Position numbers and translations under genes: made by a program. A stretch of 45,239 nucleotides of DNA from Chrysochromulina tobinii (Eukaryota), in the NCBI GenBank assembly GCA_001275005.1, contig JWZX01002081.1, positions 1 through 45,239 on the forward strand, written 5' to 3'. Below are positions 30,045-39,360 of this stretch, piece after piece (the first letter of the stretch is position 1; each line of letters opens with the position of its first letter). The notes beneath the pieces are model-generated. The model ran no database searches, was not told where the DNA came from, and was given only the letters and a program-made list of their open reading frames with translations.

Positions 30045-32621
30045 CTACCGAAACACGCCTTCGCACGACGGCAGCGGCTCGGGCGGATCAAATCCGTGGA
30101 TGCACGGGAAGAAGGCGTCGCCGGGCTTGCGAGGCGTGCAGCACTGCGAGTACGCAGGCACGGCCACACCGTCCTCGTAGCAGAAGGGCGAGCGCTTGTA
30201 CTCGAGCAGCCGCTGCGACGCCTTCTCGAAGCGCACGTGCTCCGCGCGGTCCACAAATCCGCAGAAAGTGCCGATGGGCTCCTCGATGCGCACGACGGCG
30301 ACGCCCTCGTGCGGCGCGAGCGCCGCGCGCACCTGCACGTCGGTGAGGGCCTTCCCGAGCTTGACGCTGACGGACGAGCCGCTCACGTTCAGAGGCACGC
30401 GTGGGTTGTCGAGGAACGAAGGCTCACGCAGGCCGACCTTATCGAGCAGCTCGTTCTTCTCAAACCAGCGCGGCGTATCGAGCACGTGGTCCATCGGGCA
30501 GTCAAAGGGCAATCGCATGCTCTCGGCGCCGCCCACGCGACAGCTCTTCATCTCCTTCCACATGTAGTCGCAGTAGCAGAGCATGCGCGGCAGGATAAGC
30601 GTGCGCCCGCTCGCCTTAGCGATGCCCAGGAGCGCGCGTAGTATTTTGGACCTATGGCGAGCCTCGGCTAGGTGGCGTGCAATCGCCTCGCTCGACGGCA
30701 CTTGCGGCCCGAGGGACTGGATGGGAAGGAGGTTGGCGCTCTCGCTCGCGGCGGTAACGTAGCGTCCTGTGAAATAGGTGTCGTCGTCGACGAGCCAGAG
30801 GCCGGCCTGGCGCATTCGCTGCCGCTTGCCGTGTGCAAAGGTGGAGCCCTCGGCAAACTGGTACGTCAAGTGGACGGAGAGCGGCGGCGCCGCATTCGGC
30901 AGCGTGTGCGCGTGCTGCACGAAGAACGTGTGGCCGTTGAGGAACTGGCTCAGCGGTAGCAGCCCGAGGGTGATTTCGCTCTCACCATTGGCGCCGGCGA
31001 AGAGTCGACCGCGGAGGTAGCGCAGCCTGCGAGCCTTGAGGAGCATGTTGAAGGCGGCCTGGTCGCGGACTCGTATCTCCTTTGCGCTTGCAATCGTCTC
31101 TCGCCAGCGCGCTGTGAACGCGATCGTCGTCGGGTGCGAGCGCATGTAGACGAGCCCTGTGTTCAGGTCACAGTTGAGCATGGGGAACCGCGAGTCCACA
31201 CGGATGTCGATGCAGTCCGTTGCCGCGGCCAGCATCGCATCTAGCCACGCGGGCGAGCGCATCAACGGGCGCGGATCCGCAATGAAGATGGCGTCCGCAT
31301 CACACGCCCACACATTGAAGCCGTACCTGAGCAGTTCGTTGTAGAAGCCCACCTTGAGCACGCTCATCTTGGGGTACAGGCTCGGCCGCGATCGCAGATT
31401 CAGGCCGGGTGCCGCGGCGAGCACCCTACTCGCCTCGCCCCCATGGATCAAGACGCATGGCACGTCATGCTGCGCACACGCCTCCATCATCTCTGCGTCG
31501 AGTGCGCCGATGAGCAGATCGGCCACGCCCGCCCGTCGCACATTGGCCGCCCAGTTGATCGCCATCGTGGACACCGAACCCGTCGCAAACGTGACGAGCA
31601 GGTCCGTGCCGTTGGGCAGCCGTCGCACCGACGCCGGCAGCGAGGAGAATGGAGCACTCACGTTCGTAACGTCCCCAGCGGCGCCAATGTTGGTAAAGGA
31701 CAGAACAACAGCTGCGCCCGCGTGGAAGTGAGAGCACTGCGCCAGCGGCGTCGGCTCATCGCCGAGGACCGCGATCACGTCCGCCTCGAACGCGACGCCC
31801 AGCCGCTGCGCATCGTGCCGTGGATCCCAGCCGCAGAAGGCGAGCGCGGCTCGCTCGAGCTCAAGCAGCCTCGTGCTCGCTCTGTACTCGCGGAGCGCAA
31901 ACGCCGCCTCGCTGTCGCTCAGGCCATCGGGAATGGAGACGCGCACGTGCGAGCGTCGAATGTGCGCGGGCAGAGCGGCGAGCGCGCCCTCGCCTTGGAA
32001 GAGGTGCGCGGCAGCGAGCGCCGGAAGCATCGTCGAGGATTCCGGTGCCAGCAGGATTGCCGTCGATGATGCACTCGGCCGCCAGTGCGCGAGAGCTGCT
32101 CGTGCCACGGGCTTCAGTGTGCATCCCCAAGATCCGGCTGCGCAGCTTGTGCCGCTGCACAGCGACTCGCACAACGCTGCTGGCACCACAAGCGTTCTGT
32201 TGAGCAACTTGGCCAAGCCAAACATGGACTTGAGCAGCTGGCGTGCTTGCGCATCAGAGTGTACTGGAATGTGCTGTGCAAGCAGGAAGTTGTCTCGAAG
32301 ACCAACTTTCGAAGACCAACTATCGGTCAAGGGCGCACTGGGTAGTGCGAGTTGCCTTGCGAGCCGCTGTTCGAGTCGCAGTGCCCGAGCGTCTTCATGC
32401 CCTTGGACGCGCTGCTCCAAGACTGCTGGTGGTGGAGGAGGTGGCGTGTGCGGCTGCGGCAGCAGCTCAAGATCACGGCCGAGTTGCTGCACTGCAACGT
32501 CCAGAGCATCTAGCCGTGGGCTAAGCGATGACATCCGCACAAATGTTGTCATGTGGGTGATGTTCGCTGCGAGGAGCAGGGCGCCGATTGCGGCCGCCAC
32601 GACGACAGTCGTTCGCAACAT
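30045..32621 (-). CDS. GT77 nucleotide-diphospho-sugar transferase, XEG113-like arabinosyltransferase (type II membrane protein)
   Basis: N-terminal TM helix; LLVTFAT, NWAANV, IGALD, CDADAIF (DxD), LNTGL, RDQAAFN, FLNGHTFFVQ, HLTYQF, GKRQRMRQAGLW. XEG113-type C-terminus GRTLILPRMLCYCD...PFDCPMDHV...REPSFLDNPRVP. Confidence 0.88.
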   Translation of the reverse strand: MLRTTVVVAAAIGALLLAANITHMTTFVRMSSLSPRLDALDVAVQQLGRDLELLPQPHTPPPPPPAVLEQRVQGHEDARALRLEQRLARQLALPSAPLTDSWSSKVGLRDNFLLAQHIPVHSDAQARQLLKSMFGLAKLLNRTLVVPAALCESLCSGTSCAAGSWGCTLKPVARAALAHWRPSASSTAILLAPESSTMLPALAAAHLFQGEGALAALPAHIRRSHVRVSIPDGLSDSEAAFALREYRASTRLLELERAALAFCGWDPRHDAQRLGVAFEADVIAVLGDEPTPLAQCSHFHAGAAVVLSFTNIGAAGDVTNVSAPFSSLPASVRRLPNGTDLLVTFATGSVSTMAINWAANVRRAGVADLLIGALDAEMMEACAQHDVPCVLIHGGEASRVLAAAPGLNLRSRPSLYPKMSVLKVGFYNELLRYGFNVWACDADAIFIADPRPLMRSPAWLDAMLAAATDCIDIRVDSRFPMLNCDLNTGLVYMRSHPTTIAFTARWRETIASAKEIRVRDQAAFNMLLKARRLRYLRGRLFAGANGESEITLGLLPLSQFLNGHTFFVQHAHTLPNAAPPLSVHLTYQFAEGSTFAHGKRQRMRQAGLWLVDDDTYFTGRYVTAASESANLLPIQSLGPQVPSSEAIARHLAEARHRSKILRALLGIAKASGRTLILPRMLCYCDYMWKEMKSCRVGGAESMRLPFDCPMDHVLDTPRWFEKNELLDKVGLREPSFLDNPRVPLNVSGSSVSVKLGKALTDVQVRAALAPHEGVAVVRIEEPIGTFCGFVDRAEHVRFEKASQRLLEYKRSPFCYEDGVAVPAYSQCCTPRKPGDAFFPCIHGFDPPEPLPSCEGVFR

Positions 32622-32693
32622 TCTTCGCGACGGTCTCGTATCCGAGGAGCAGGGCGCTGATCGCGGCCGCCACGACGACAGTCATTCACACAA
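32571..32693. repeat. Diverged ~45-bp duplicate of the GT77 5' coding end, located just upstream of the ATG
   Basis: GAGGAGCAGGGCGCCGATTGCGGCCGCCACGACGACAGTCGTTC (32571) versus GAGGAGCAGGGCGCTGATCGCGGCCGCCACGACGACAGTCATTC (32645). Confidence 0.85.
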
Positions 32694-32710
32694 GCATTCT
32701 TTTCGCTCGT

Positions 32711-33150
32711 TACCGGTACTTGTACCGGTAAAAAGACACCGGGGGGAGCCGGGACTCACACGGGACACGCGGACGCACAAAGGCACACGGACCGCATAGA
32801 CGAACATCACAACCATCCAAACCCACCAACAACGCACAACCCGCACGTCAGCGCGACGACCGAAGCCGCGGCCGACTCAAGAGCCGCAGGCCCGGAGTCG
32901 ACCGCCCCCCGCGGCCGACTCAGAAGAGGCCATCCCCAGCGAACTCGACCCTGCCTCCACCCGCTCCCAGAGCGCCTCCCCGCGCCTGCTCGAAGGCGGT
33001 CGGCGAAATGAACCGGTATTAAAACCGTCTCATCGAAACCACCTACGGGTACCGGTATGTAACCCCCGCATGCCCCCGCCAGGGTGCCCAGCCCCCTGGA
33101 GCCCGGACATCCCACGACGAGGACAATCTCAACTTGTACATTTTTCCGGA
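32711..33150. mobile_element. Putative non-autonomous repeat element remnant
   Basis: Begins with the motif shared with 17364-17388, contains several ACCGGTA sites and strong C/A strand skew, and has GCGGCCGACTCA motifs shared with 5042-5069. No coding capacity. Boundaries are approximate. Confidence 0.35.
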
Positions 33151-33214
33151 CACAGGGGGCCGCATGCAACTTGAGGCAGGCATCTTCCATCTAGGACAAC
33201 ACCCAACACATAGC

Positions 33215-34558
33215 TCATAGGGTGGGGGTTAGGTTTCCTTGTGAGACTCGTAGTACTGCACACCTCCCTCCGAAGCACGCCTCGTAGTACTGCCTCTGGA
33301 GCGCCGTGCAAAGAGCCATGCGATCGTGTACAGTCGGCCTCGTGGCAGCTGACTGCGTGCGAGGACTGTACATGCCGAGCGCCCAGGATTGCTTTTCACG
33401 TTCTCTTGCCATCCGGTTGCAATTGGAGAGCACCTCCTCCTTGGTGTAAGCGACGCGCCGCCCCCAGCCGGTTGAAGTCTTTTCCGTTATGGACTTTCGT
33501 GTCCACAAGCCGATACGAGTGTGGCATCGCTCCAACTCTGCACTGATCGTACCACCGCCGCCACCGCCGCCGCCGCTGCCGCCACCGCCGCCGCCACCAC
33601 GTCCTTGGCCGGTAAACTTTGCGCTCGACATGGCGCTCGTTGGATAGGAGCGTGGTGTCGGCAGGAGGCTTTCGCCTCGCTCAAGAGCTGCAGTAGCTGT
33701 TGCCATCGGTGGTAGCGCGCGCATGGACTGGTAGCCTCGCGCGTCGCAGTGCTCCGTATCCAGGGTGTAGGAAACGCAGCGCAAAACTGACGGATCACCG
33801 CCAAAGTAGGCCCAGCCCACGCGATGGCGCGCGGTGATCTCTCCGTGCGCTCGTTTCTCACCGATGCGCTTATGCTTGGCGTTGAAGCCCACCCAATCGT
33901 CATAACGGATGACGGTCTCGCCGGCGACGACGAGGCCGCTGCAAAAGAGCCATTCGAGTGCCTGGATGGCGCTCACGTACAGGTCGCTGTCGATGTCCAC
34001 GAAGAGCGCTGACTGCATCCGCATCGTGGCAGCGAGGTTCGGCTTCAGCGTTTCGGAGAAGAAGCCGCGAATCAATCGCAGTGGTCCTTCGTCTTCCCTG
34101 CGCCCGACTTTGTGAGTGAGCGACGAGCGCAGCTCGGTGTAGCTCGACACGCCCAGCGCGTCCGCCGCAGACCACGCACCCGGCTTCCAGTGGTTGCCTT
34201 CCAACTGCCCCATAGTTTGTGCCGCTGTTGCATTTGTTTCAAAGCGTTCGGATGGCAGGCCTTCAAAGCTGTCAAATCCCCAGAGTGTGCCAAAGGAAAC
34301 GTTGAGACTGCGCAGGTCGCGCACAATTCCGGAGAGCGAACCACCCGTGTACACACCAAACTGGTAGACATCACGATAGAGCAACTTCGCTCCAGAAGGA
34401 TACTGCTGGCAAAATGCTGACAGCGCCCACGGCGTAAGGATGAATGACGTCATCTCTCTTGAGCCCATGAATGCTCTTCCGTAAATGTCGACGTGTCGAC
34501 GACTGTGTAGCCAGGAGCCACGCGTCAGAGTATCACTCGCATTGGCGGCAACCGTCAT
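33215..34558 (-). CDS. TylF/MycF/NovP-family (macrocin-type) SAM-dependent O-methyltransferase with C-terminal extension
   Basis: VYQFGVYTGGS, LWGFDSFEGLP, LIRGFFSETL, FVDIDSDLYVSA and VIRYDDW, the TylF motif series. Confidence 0.85.
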   Translation of the reverse strand: MTVAANASDTLTRGSWLHSRRHVDIYGRAFMGSREMTSFILTPWALSAFCQQYPSGAKLLYRDVYQFGVYTGGSLSGIVRDLRSLNVSFGTLWGFDSFEGLPSERFETNATAAQTMGQLEGNHWKPGAWSAADALGVSSYTELRSSLTHKVGRREDEGPLRLIRGFFSETLKPNLAATMRMQSALFVDIDSDLYVSAIQALEWLFCSGLVVAGETVIRYDDWVGFNAKHKRIGEKRAHGEITARHRVGWAYFGGDPSVLRCVSYTLDTEHCDARGYQSMRALPPMATATAALERGESLLPTPRSYPTSAMSSAKFTGQGRGGGGGGGSGGGGGGGGTISAELERCHTRIGLWTRKSITEKTSTGWGRRVAYTKEEVLSNCNRMAREREKQSWALGMYSPRTQSAATRPTVHDRMALCTALQRQYYEACFGGRCAVLRVSQGNLTPTL

Positions 34559-34702
34559 GTCTTACAGCAAAAGAAACTGGCATCCAGCATGATTGTGCAG
34601 AGTCTGAGGGGGGCGGCGGCCCCCCACGTTCAGTACCGGTAAGCTTACATTTAAATGTAAAATGCTCGCTTTTCGAAGAGGCCCCAACTTCTGTTTTGCC
34701 GG

Positions 34703-34767
34703 GATGCAAAGCACTGAGCTCTCACGATGCAAAGCACTGAGCTCTCACGATGCAAAGCACTGAGCTC
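34703..34767 (+). repeat. 23-bp tandem repeat (2.8 copies) containing the start codon
   Basis: GATGCAAAGCACTGAGCTCTCAC x2 plus a 19-bp partial copy. Confidence 0.95.
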
Positions 34768-35428
34768 GTTGCCCGATGACGTTCTCCGACGCATCGTCGC
34801 CTCCGCGTTGGCTATCGGCGGCGCTCCCGCTCTGCAGACCTGCGATGCTCTCTCGTTGACGAACAAGGCGTTCGCTGCATTGGCATGGGACGACTGCATA
34901 ATGGCACTGCTCGCCGAGAATCTCGGCATTCCATCGTGCAGCCGGTTGCTGGTGCGGGCTGCATGCCGAGCGGACGAGCTCTTGGCCTTGAACACTTCTT
35001 ACGTTACCGTGCGAGGAGGACAGATCCATGTCACGCAAGCAAGATGCAAAGGCTGGCTCTCTCAGCTGACGAACCTCTTGCTTTCCCACGGACTGTTGAG
35101 CATCGTGACGAGCGTCGATGAGCTCGTCTCGGGCATCTGGAGGCCGTTCGGCATCATCTATTGCGATGCACGTTCCGAATTGTGCTGCCGTGCAACAGCC
35201 GAGCCCACGCACGTCTCCACGTATCCGTGTGCTTCCTCGCGATGCCTCTCCCCAGCATCCCGTGGCTGCCTGCATTGCGGCAAGCATGGCGGCAGTGTGG
35301 CCAAGACGGACGTGAAACGCATGGCAGCTACCGTCAGCGCGGGCAGGCACCCCTTGCGCCGTGTCGTCTTTGTGGCGTCCTCAGAGCCTGTGTTGAAGGC
35401 CTACCAGCAGGCACTACGGTCTCAGTAA
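34727..35428 (+). CDS. F-box-like protein, possibly with a degenerate macro-like C-terminus
   Basis: LSSLPDDVLRRIV...LSLTNKAF resembles an F-box. The C-terminal LRRVVFVASSEPVLKAYQQAL resembles the last strand-helix of macro domains. May contain an unrecognised intron. Confidence 0.5.
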   Translation: MQSTELSRCKALSSLPDDVLRRIVASALAIGGAPALQTCDALSLTNKAFAALAWDDCIMALLAENLGIPSCSRLLVRAACRADELLALNTSYVTVRGGQIHVTQARCKGWLSQLTNLLLSHGLLSIVTSVDELVSGIWRPFGIIYCDARSELCCRATAEPTHVSTYPCASSRCLSPASRGCLHCGKHGGSVAKTDVKRMAATVSAGRHPLRRVVFVASSEPVLKAYQQALRSQ

Positions 35429-35989
35429 TGAACCGAGGGTGGCGAGGCGGAGGGTCGCTTTTCTCCGCGGCCGCGCTCGCGATTCATACTGGCACACGGC
35501 ACGCTGAGCGCACGCCTACAGGAGACGCAACGCGAGCTGGCTTATCGGCGCCAGGCCGACCACATCGAGGCGACCGTGCCCGAGCAAGTGCGCCGCATCG
35601 AGGGTCGAATCTCGAAAGTGTATGTACGGTCGAGAAGTGTCTATGTGTCTTGGTAAAGCCGTAGTTTCGGTCCGGCTTAGGTCCGGCTTTACAAATGACA
35701 GCCAAGCCGCCCTCACCCATCAACGCTTGAGAGGCGTGCGGCGCAGTGCCGTGGCGTCTCACTCAACCAGACCTCTAGACGTCCGGATGTCCACGAAGAA
35801 CGGCTGCATCCGCACATCCGGAGTTCACGGAATCGAAATTTGAGTCTTTGCCTGCTTCGTGTATGGATAGCAAGCGAGCTGTGTGGCGGCCCCGTCGCAG
35901 CTTCGAACGCTTTTCGACGAGAAGGCGTGCCGAGCCGCGGTGGCTGTCTGTGGCACTCGCTTGCAAACACTGCGCAAGAATCAGTAAGA

Positions 35990-37886
35990 TCAACAAGTGA
36001 GCGGCCGCCCTTTGGTCAGGCAGCAAAGCTGCCTCTGCAGGCCTAGATGGGTGCGTGGGCGATCCGAATAATCCTTGGCTTCAGCGAGCGGGTACTCGCA
36101 GTCGTGCACCCATGTCTCAGGGGCGCACTTTGCGACACCAAGGGAGAGGTTGACGTGCTGCGGGTCGCGAGGGTGGCCCATCAGGTGTGTCGCATCTGCG
36201 AGCGTGGCGGGCCGCAGCGCGAGCGAGTCGATGCGTACTCGACTCGGCCTCTCACGCACACGTGGGCTGCCGCCCTGTGGGTAGTTGATCTGTCGGTGGT
36301 TGGCATGTAGCAGGCACGGCCGCTCGGTAGTCCACGCGGCCCAGAAGCTCGTGGTCAGAGTAACGGACGGGCTCATGTTGCGCACGTTCGGGTCGTAGTG
36401 TGTGCTCGCGTCGGTCTGCACGATCGGGAACGGAGAGAATCGCGTCTGGATGGATGACGAAACTTTGACGCAGTGGCAACCTCCGCGGCACGCCAGCTCG
36501 ATCGCGCCAAAGTACCGATCGGCCGAGTGTGCGAGCAGATACCCGAGCTTGACCATGATGAGGCCACACGGTCGCGCGCCGAATCGAGGCAGTGGCCCGA
36601 GTGTGAGCATGTCTCCCACCCGATCCGAAGACATGCCAAGCTTGGACATCTCCGTGCTGCCGGTCTCGTCGATCACGAGAGACCAGCCAGCCAACGGCCG
36701 CAGGTGCGACGCGTTGGTGAGAGGCAGCTGATCGCCGCTGTAGCACACCTCCTGTGCTGCTGCGGCTGACGTTGCTGCTGTCGCTGGTTGCTGTTCTGCC
36801 TCCCCATCATGCTGTTCGCCAGGAAGAGTGCTGTTTCCTTCTTGCTCGTGGTCCAGAATCGCCGACAGAGGGGCATCGCCCTCGGGCTCGGTAGCGTTCA
36901 TGGTCGCGTTGGCAAGCTCGTCGCGCCCCGCCCAGAGGCCCGAGGCCACGAAGCGAGCGACCAAATGCCCAAGCAGCGCGTGACCCAGAGGATTCGGATG
37001 TACGATGTCCTTGCCGCCCTTGGCGTACCATGTCGAGATCGGCATGCGCGTCGCGTGCAGCACGGCCGCAATGTCGAGCACCCTCGCTTTCGGCGCGAAC
37101 GGGCCCCACCAACTGACCACATGGCACACGTACACGGCACACAAAAAGGATCCAGTAAGAGATGGGAGTCAAAGAGATGTGGATCACAGGTGGTAATCAC
37201 CTGCCCACATGACAAGCATCAAGGATGCGCTTGAAGTCGCAGCACGGCCAGCCGGTCTCCCTCGAGCGCATCTGCTTGAGCCAGCTCTGCGAAGGCCACG
37301 CGACGAAGAGGATGACCGCCGCCGGCGCTGTCGCGCGCACGCGCAAGATGAGCTCGCGGACGTCGGTGTTGAAGAGGTTGGTGGCCACCTCGAGGAGGAT
37401 GAGCGAGGTGTCCCGCTTCACACGCGAGCTTGCACAATCGCCGTGCGCGCTTGCAACGGCTGCATTGAGCGGAAACACCTCCACCGCTAACCTATTCTTC
37501 GCACCGGGCGTCTCGTGAAACTCCTCGAGAAGCTCCTCGTACATCTGACGAGCCCACGACCTCATCGGCGCGCACGACTTGGAGCTCGCATTCGCCACTG
37601 GAAGCAGCACCTCCAGCCATGGTTCAGCGGCTCCGCAGCCCGCTGTCGTCGAGACGCCAAGGACGCTTACCCTGAAAACCGCCTTTGCACTGCGCGCGGG
37701 AAGCTCAGGCAAGGGGCGGGCATACTTGGACAAAAGACGGAGAAGGACCGACTCGTTGCCCAGAACGGAGATGTTCACGGAGATGTTGATCGAGGAATGG
37801 ATTGCGTGATTGAGAATTTGGTTTGAGCGCTCAGCGATCGATAGAGGAGCATAGGTGCTGTAGCTGCCTCCAAGACTGAAGACCAT
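35990..37886 (-). CDS. SGNH/GDSL-like hydrolase or acyltransferase; exons ~37886-37201 and 37112-35990
   Basis: Block I-like VSVLGVSTTAGCG, block III-like LILLEVATN and block V DIVHPNPLGHALLG are split over two ORFs. An 88-nt GT-AG intron joins them in frame (HVG-S-WWGPF). The 5' end is uncertain; a polyT-GCAG acceptor at 37910 suggests a further upstream exon. Confidence 0.75.
37113..37200 (-). other. Spliceosomal GT-AG intron (88 nt)
   Basis: Donor CAG|GTGATT at 37200 and acceptor GGTCAG|TTGG at 37113, with a pyrimidine-rich interior. Splicing restores the frame between ORFs 37197..38108 and 35990..37144. Confidence 0.75.
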
Positions 37887-37985
37887 TTTTGCACCCTCCC
37901 AAGGCCAGGCTGCAAAAAAAAACCTTCCATCATTGCATGCGCGTGAAGGAGAGATTCGAAGACAATTACAACAGAGATACATGTA

Positions 37986-38060
37986 AACAGCCAACAGCCA
38001 ACAGCCAACAGCCAACAGACAACAGACAACAGACAACAGACAACAGACAACAGACAACAG
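37986..38060 (+). repeat. Compound 7-bp minisatellite (AACAGCC)4(AACAGAC)6
   Basis: Directly visible; probably intronic or 5' non-coding. Confidence 0.95.
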
Positions 38061-38373
38061 AAAACGGATCGCCCGCCCGCGTTCCCCGTTACAATGTACG
38101 CATTTCATAAGGGTCCGGTACTATCTCGACCCAGTTATAAATTAAATGAAAAGCGGTACATATAGAGATATGTCTGATATAGCAATGATATAACTTCGTC
38201 CTTTGCAGCTGCAAAGTGACCCGCCCTTAAATTAAGGTTTGCGGCCGGGGCAGCACATGAGCAGGTTGGGTGGCATAGACGAGGGCACGAGGCACCAAGC
38301 GAGTGGAGCAGTGGACGCTCAGACGATGCACCGACCAAGTGAAGCCGTCGAATAATGCTGCCGCATAGCATGC

Positions 38374-39360
38374 TTAGCTTGCTTGCTTGGGAGGGAGGGC
38401 GTCAGCGGCTCCTGTGGTGTTGGCGGCAGAGCGGCCGCGCCCAGGAGACGGACCACGGACGCTACCCGTCCGCCGGAGATTTCCCCGGCTTGGGGAGCGA
38501 GGGTAGAACGGATTCCGATTCGCATGGCGCGCGGCGCGCTCTGAGGGCGGCATGGTCGCTCCCGGCAAGGCGAACTCAGGGATGCGAAGCTTCTTGCCAA
38601 TCGCGCAGCTCTCAGCCTGGCAGAAGACAAACGCCACGTCCGCTGGAGCGGGATGACGCTCCCTTGCTTGGCGAGCGTTATGGCGAGCGTGGCGGTTCGC
38701 CAAGGTACGGTTCCAACTACGCCAAGCAGAGAGGTTGGCTCGTTGGCCAAGGGAGACTTGAGGCTGAAAAACCCCCTTGGGCGTGAGGAGGTCGGGCATT
38801 ACGAGCTGCTCCATCCATGATTGCAGCACGTCAGATGGAACTCGATCGCCTTTCGTGTCCTCATAATGAACTGAACGGCCGACCTGCAGGTCCTCCATAA
38901 AGTATGTGCCGCCTGGTTTCAGATGAGGCCATAGCGCATCAAATGTGTTCATGATATCTGCGTTGAAATGCGATCCGTCGTCGATGATGGCATCGAAGTC
39001 ACCTCTAGACGTCTCGATCCACCGTTGGAGATCCGCAGGATCCTTTTGGTTGCCAACGAGCCTGTGGATTCCCTGCTGCAGCATCGAGATTTGATGCTTC
39101 TTGATGCACAGCTGATCGATGTCTGCCTCCCAGAGTTCTGTATTGGGGAGCAGCTTGCGCCAGAGCAAAGCGCTCGCACCGGGTCCATAATTCATGGCGC
39201 ATCCAAGGCCGATTTCGAGCATCTTCGTCGCACGCCCCGCGTTCTTAAGCACTGGGATGAGGAAGAGCCCGTACATTATGTGATACTCGTGGCCTAAGGG
39301 GTCTGCAGCACCTGTGACCTTGTCGGTCGTCACATTCAAATCGTAGGCGGCGTCCCGCAT
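38374..39360 (-). CDS. MycE/ElmMI-like class I SAM-dependent (sugar) O-methyltransferase
   Basis: TDK...HEYHIMY, MLEIGLGCAMNYGPGASALLWR, GNQKD, FDAIIDDGSH and LWPHLKPGGTYFMEDL. First ATG at 39360; the frame is open to ~39426, so an upstream exon is possible. Confidence 0.85.
   Translation of the reverse strand: MRDAAYDLNVTTDKVTGAADPLGHEYHIMYGLFLIPVLKNAGRATKMLEIGLGCAMNYGPGASALLWRKLLPNTELWEADIDQLCIKKHQISMLQQGIHRLVGNQKDPADLQRWIETSRGDFDAIIDDGSHFNADIMNTFDALWPHLKPGGTYFMEDLQVGRSVHYEDTKGDRVPSDVLQSWMEQLVMPDLLTPKGVFQPQVSLGQRANLSAWRSWNRTLANRHARHNARQARERHPAPADVAFVFCQAESCAIGKKLRIPEFALPGATMPPSERAARHANRNPFYPRSPSRGNLRRTGSVRGPSPGRGRSAANTTGAADALPPKQAS

Noticed and set aside
3571..35428. Ubiquitin-system gene cluster (PUB-PHD, two F-box, USP)
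   Set aside because: The genes are scattered among unrelated ones and belong to large families, so there is no evidence of functional clustering.
37887..38108. Hydrophobic VVCCLLS repeat as a signal/TM segment of the SGNH-like protein
   Set aside because: It is the translation of a 7-bp minisatellite followed by a polyT-GCAG acceptor-like site, so it is more likely intronic or non-coding.
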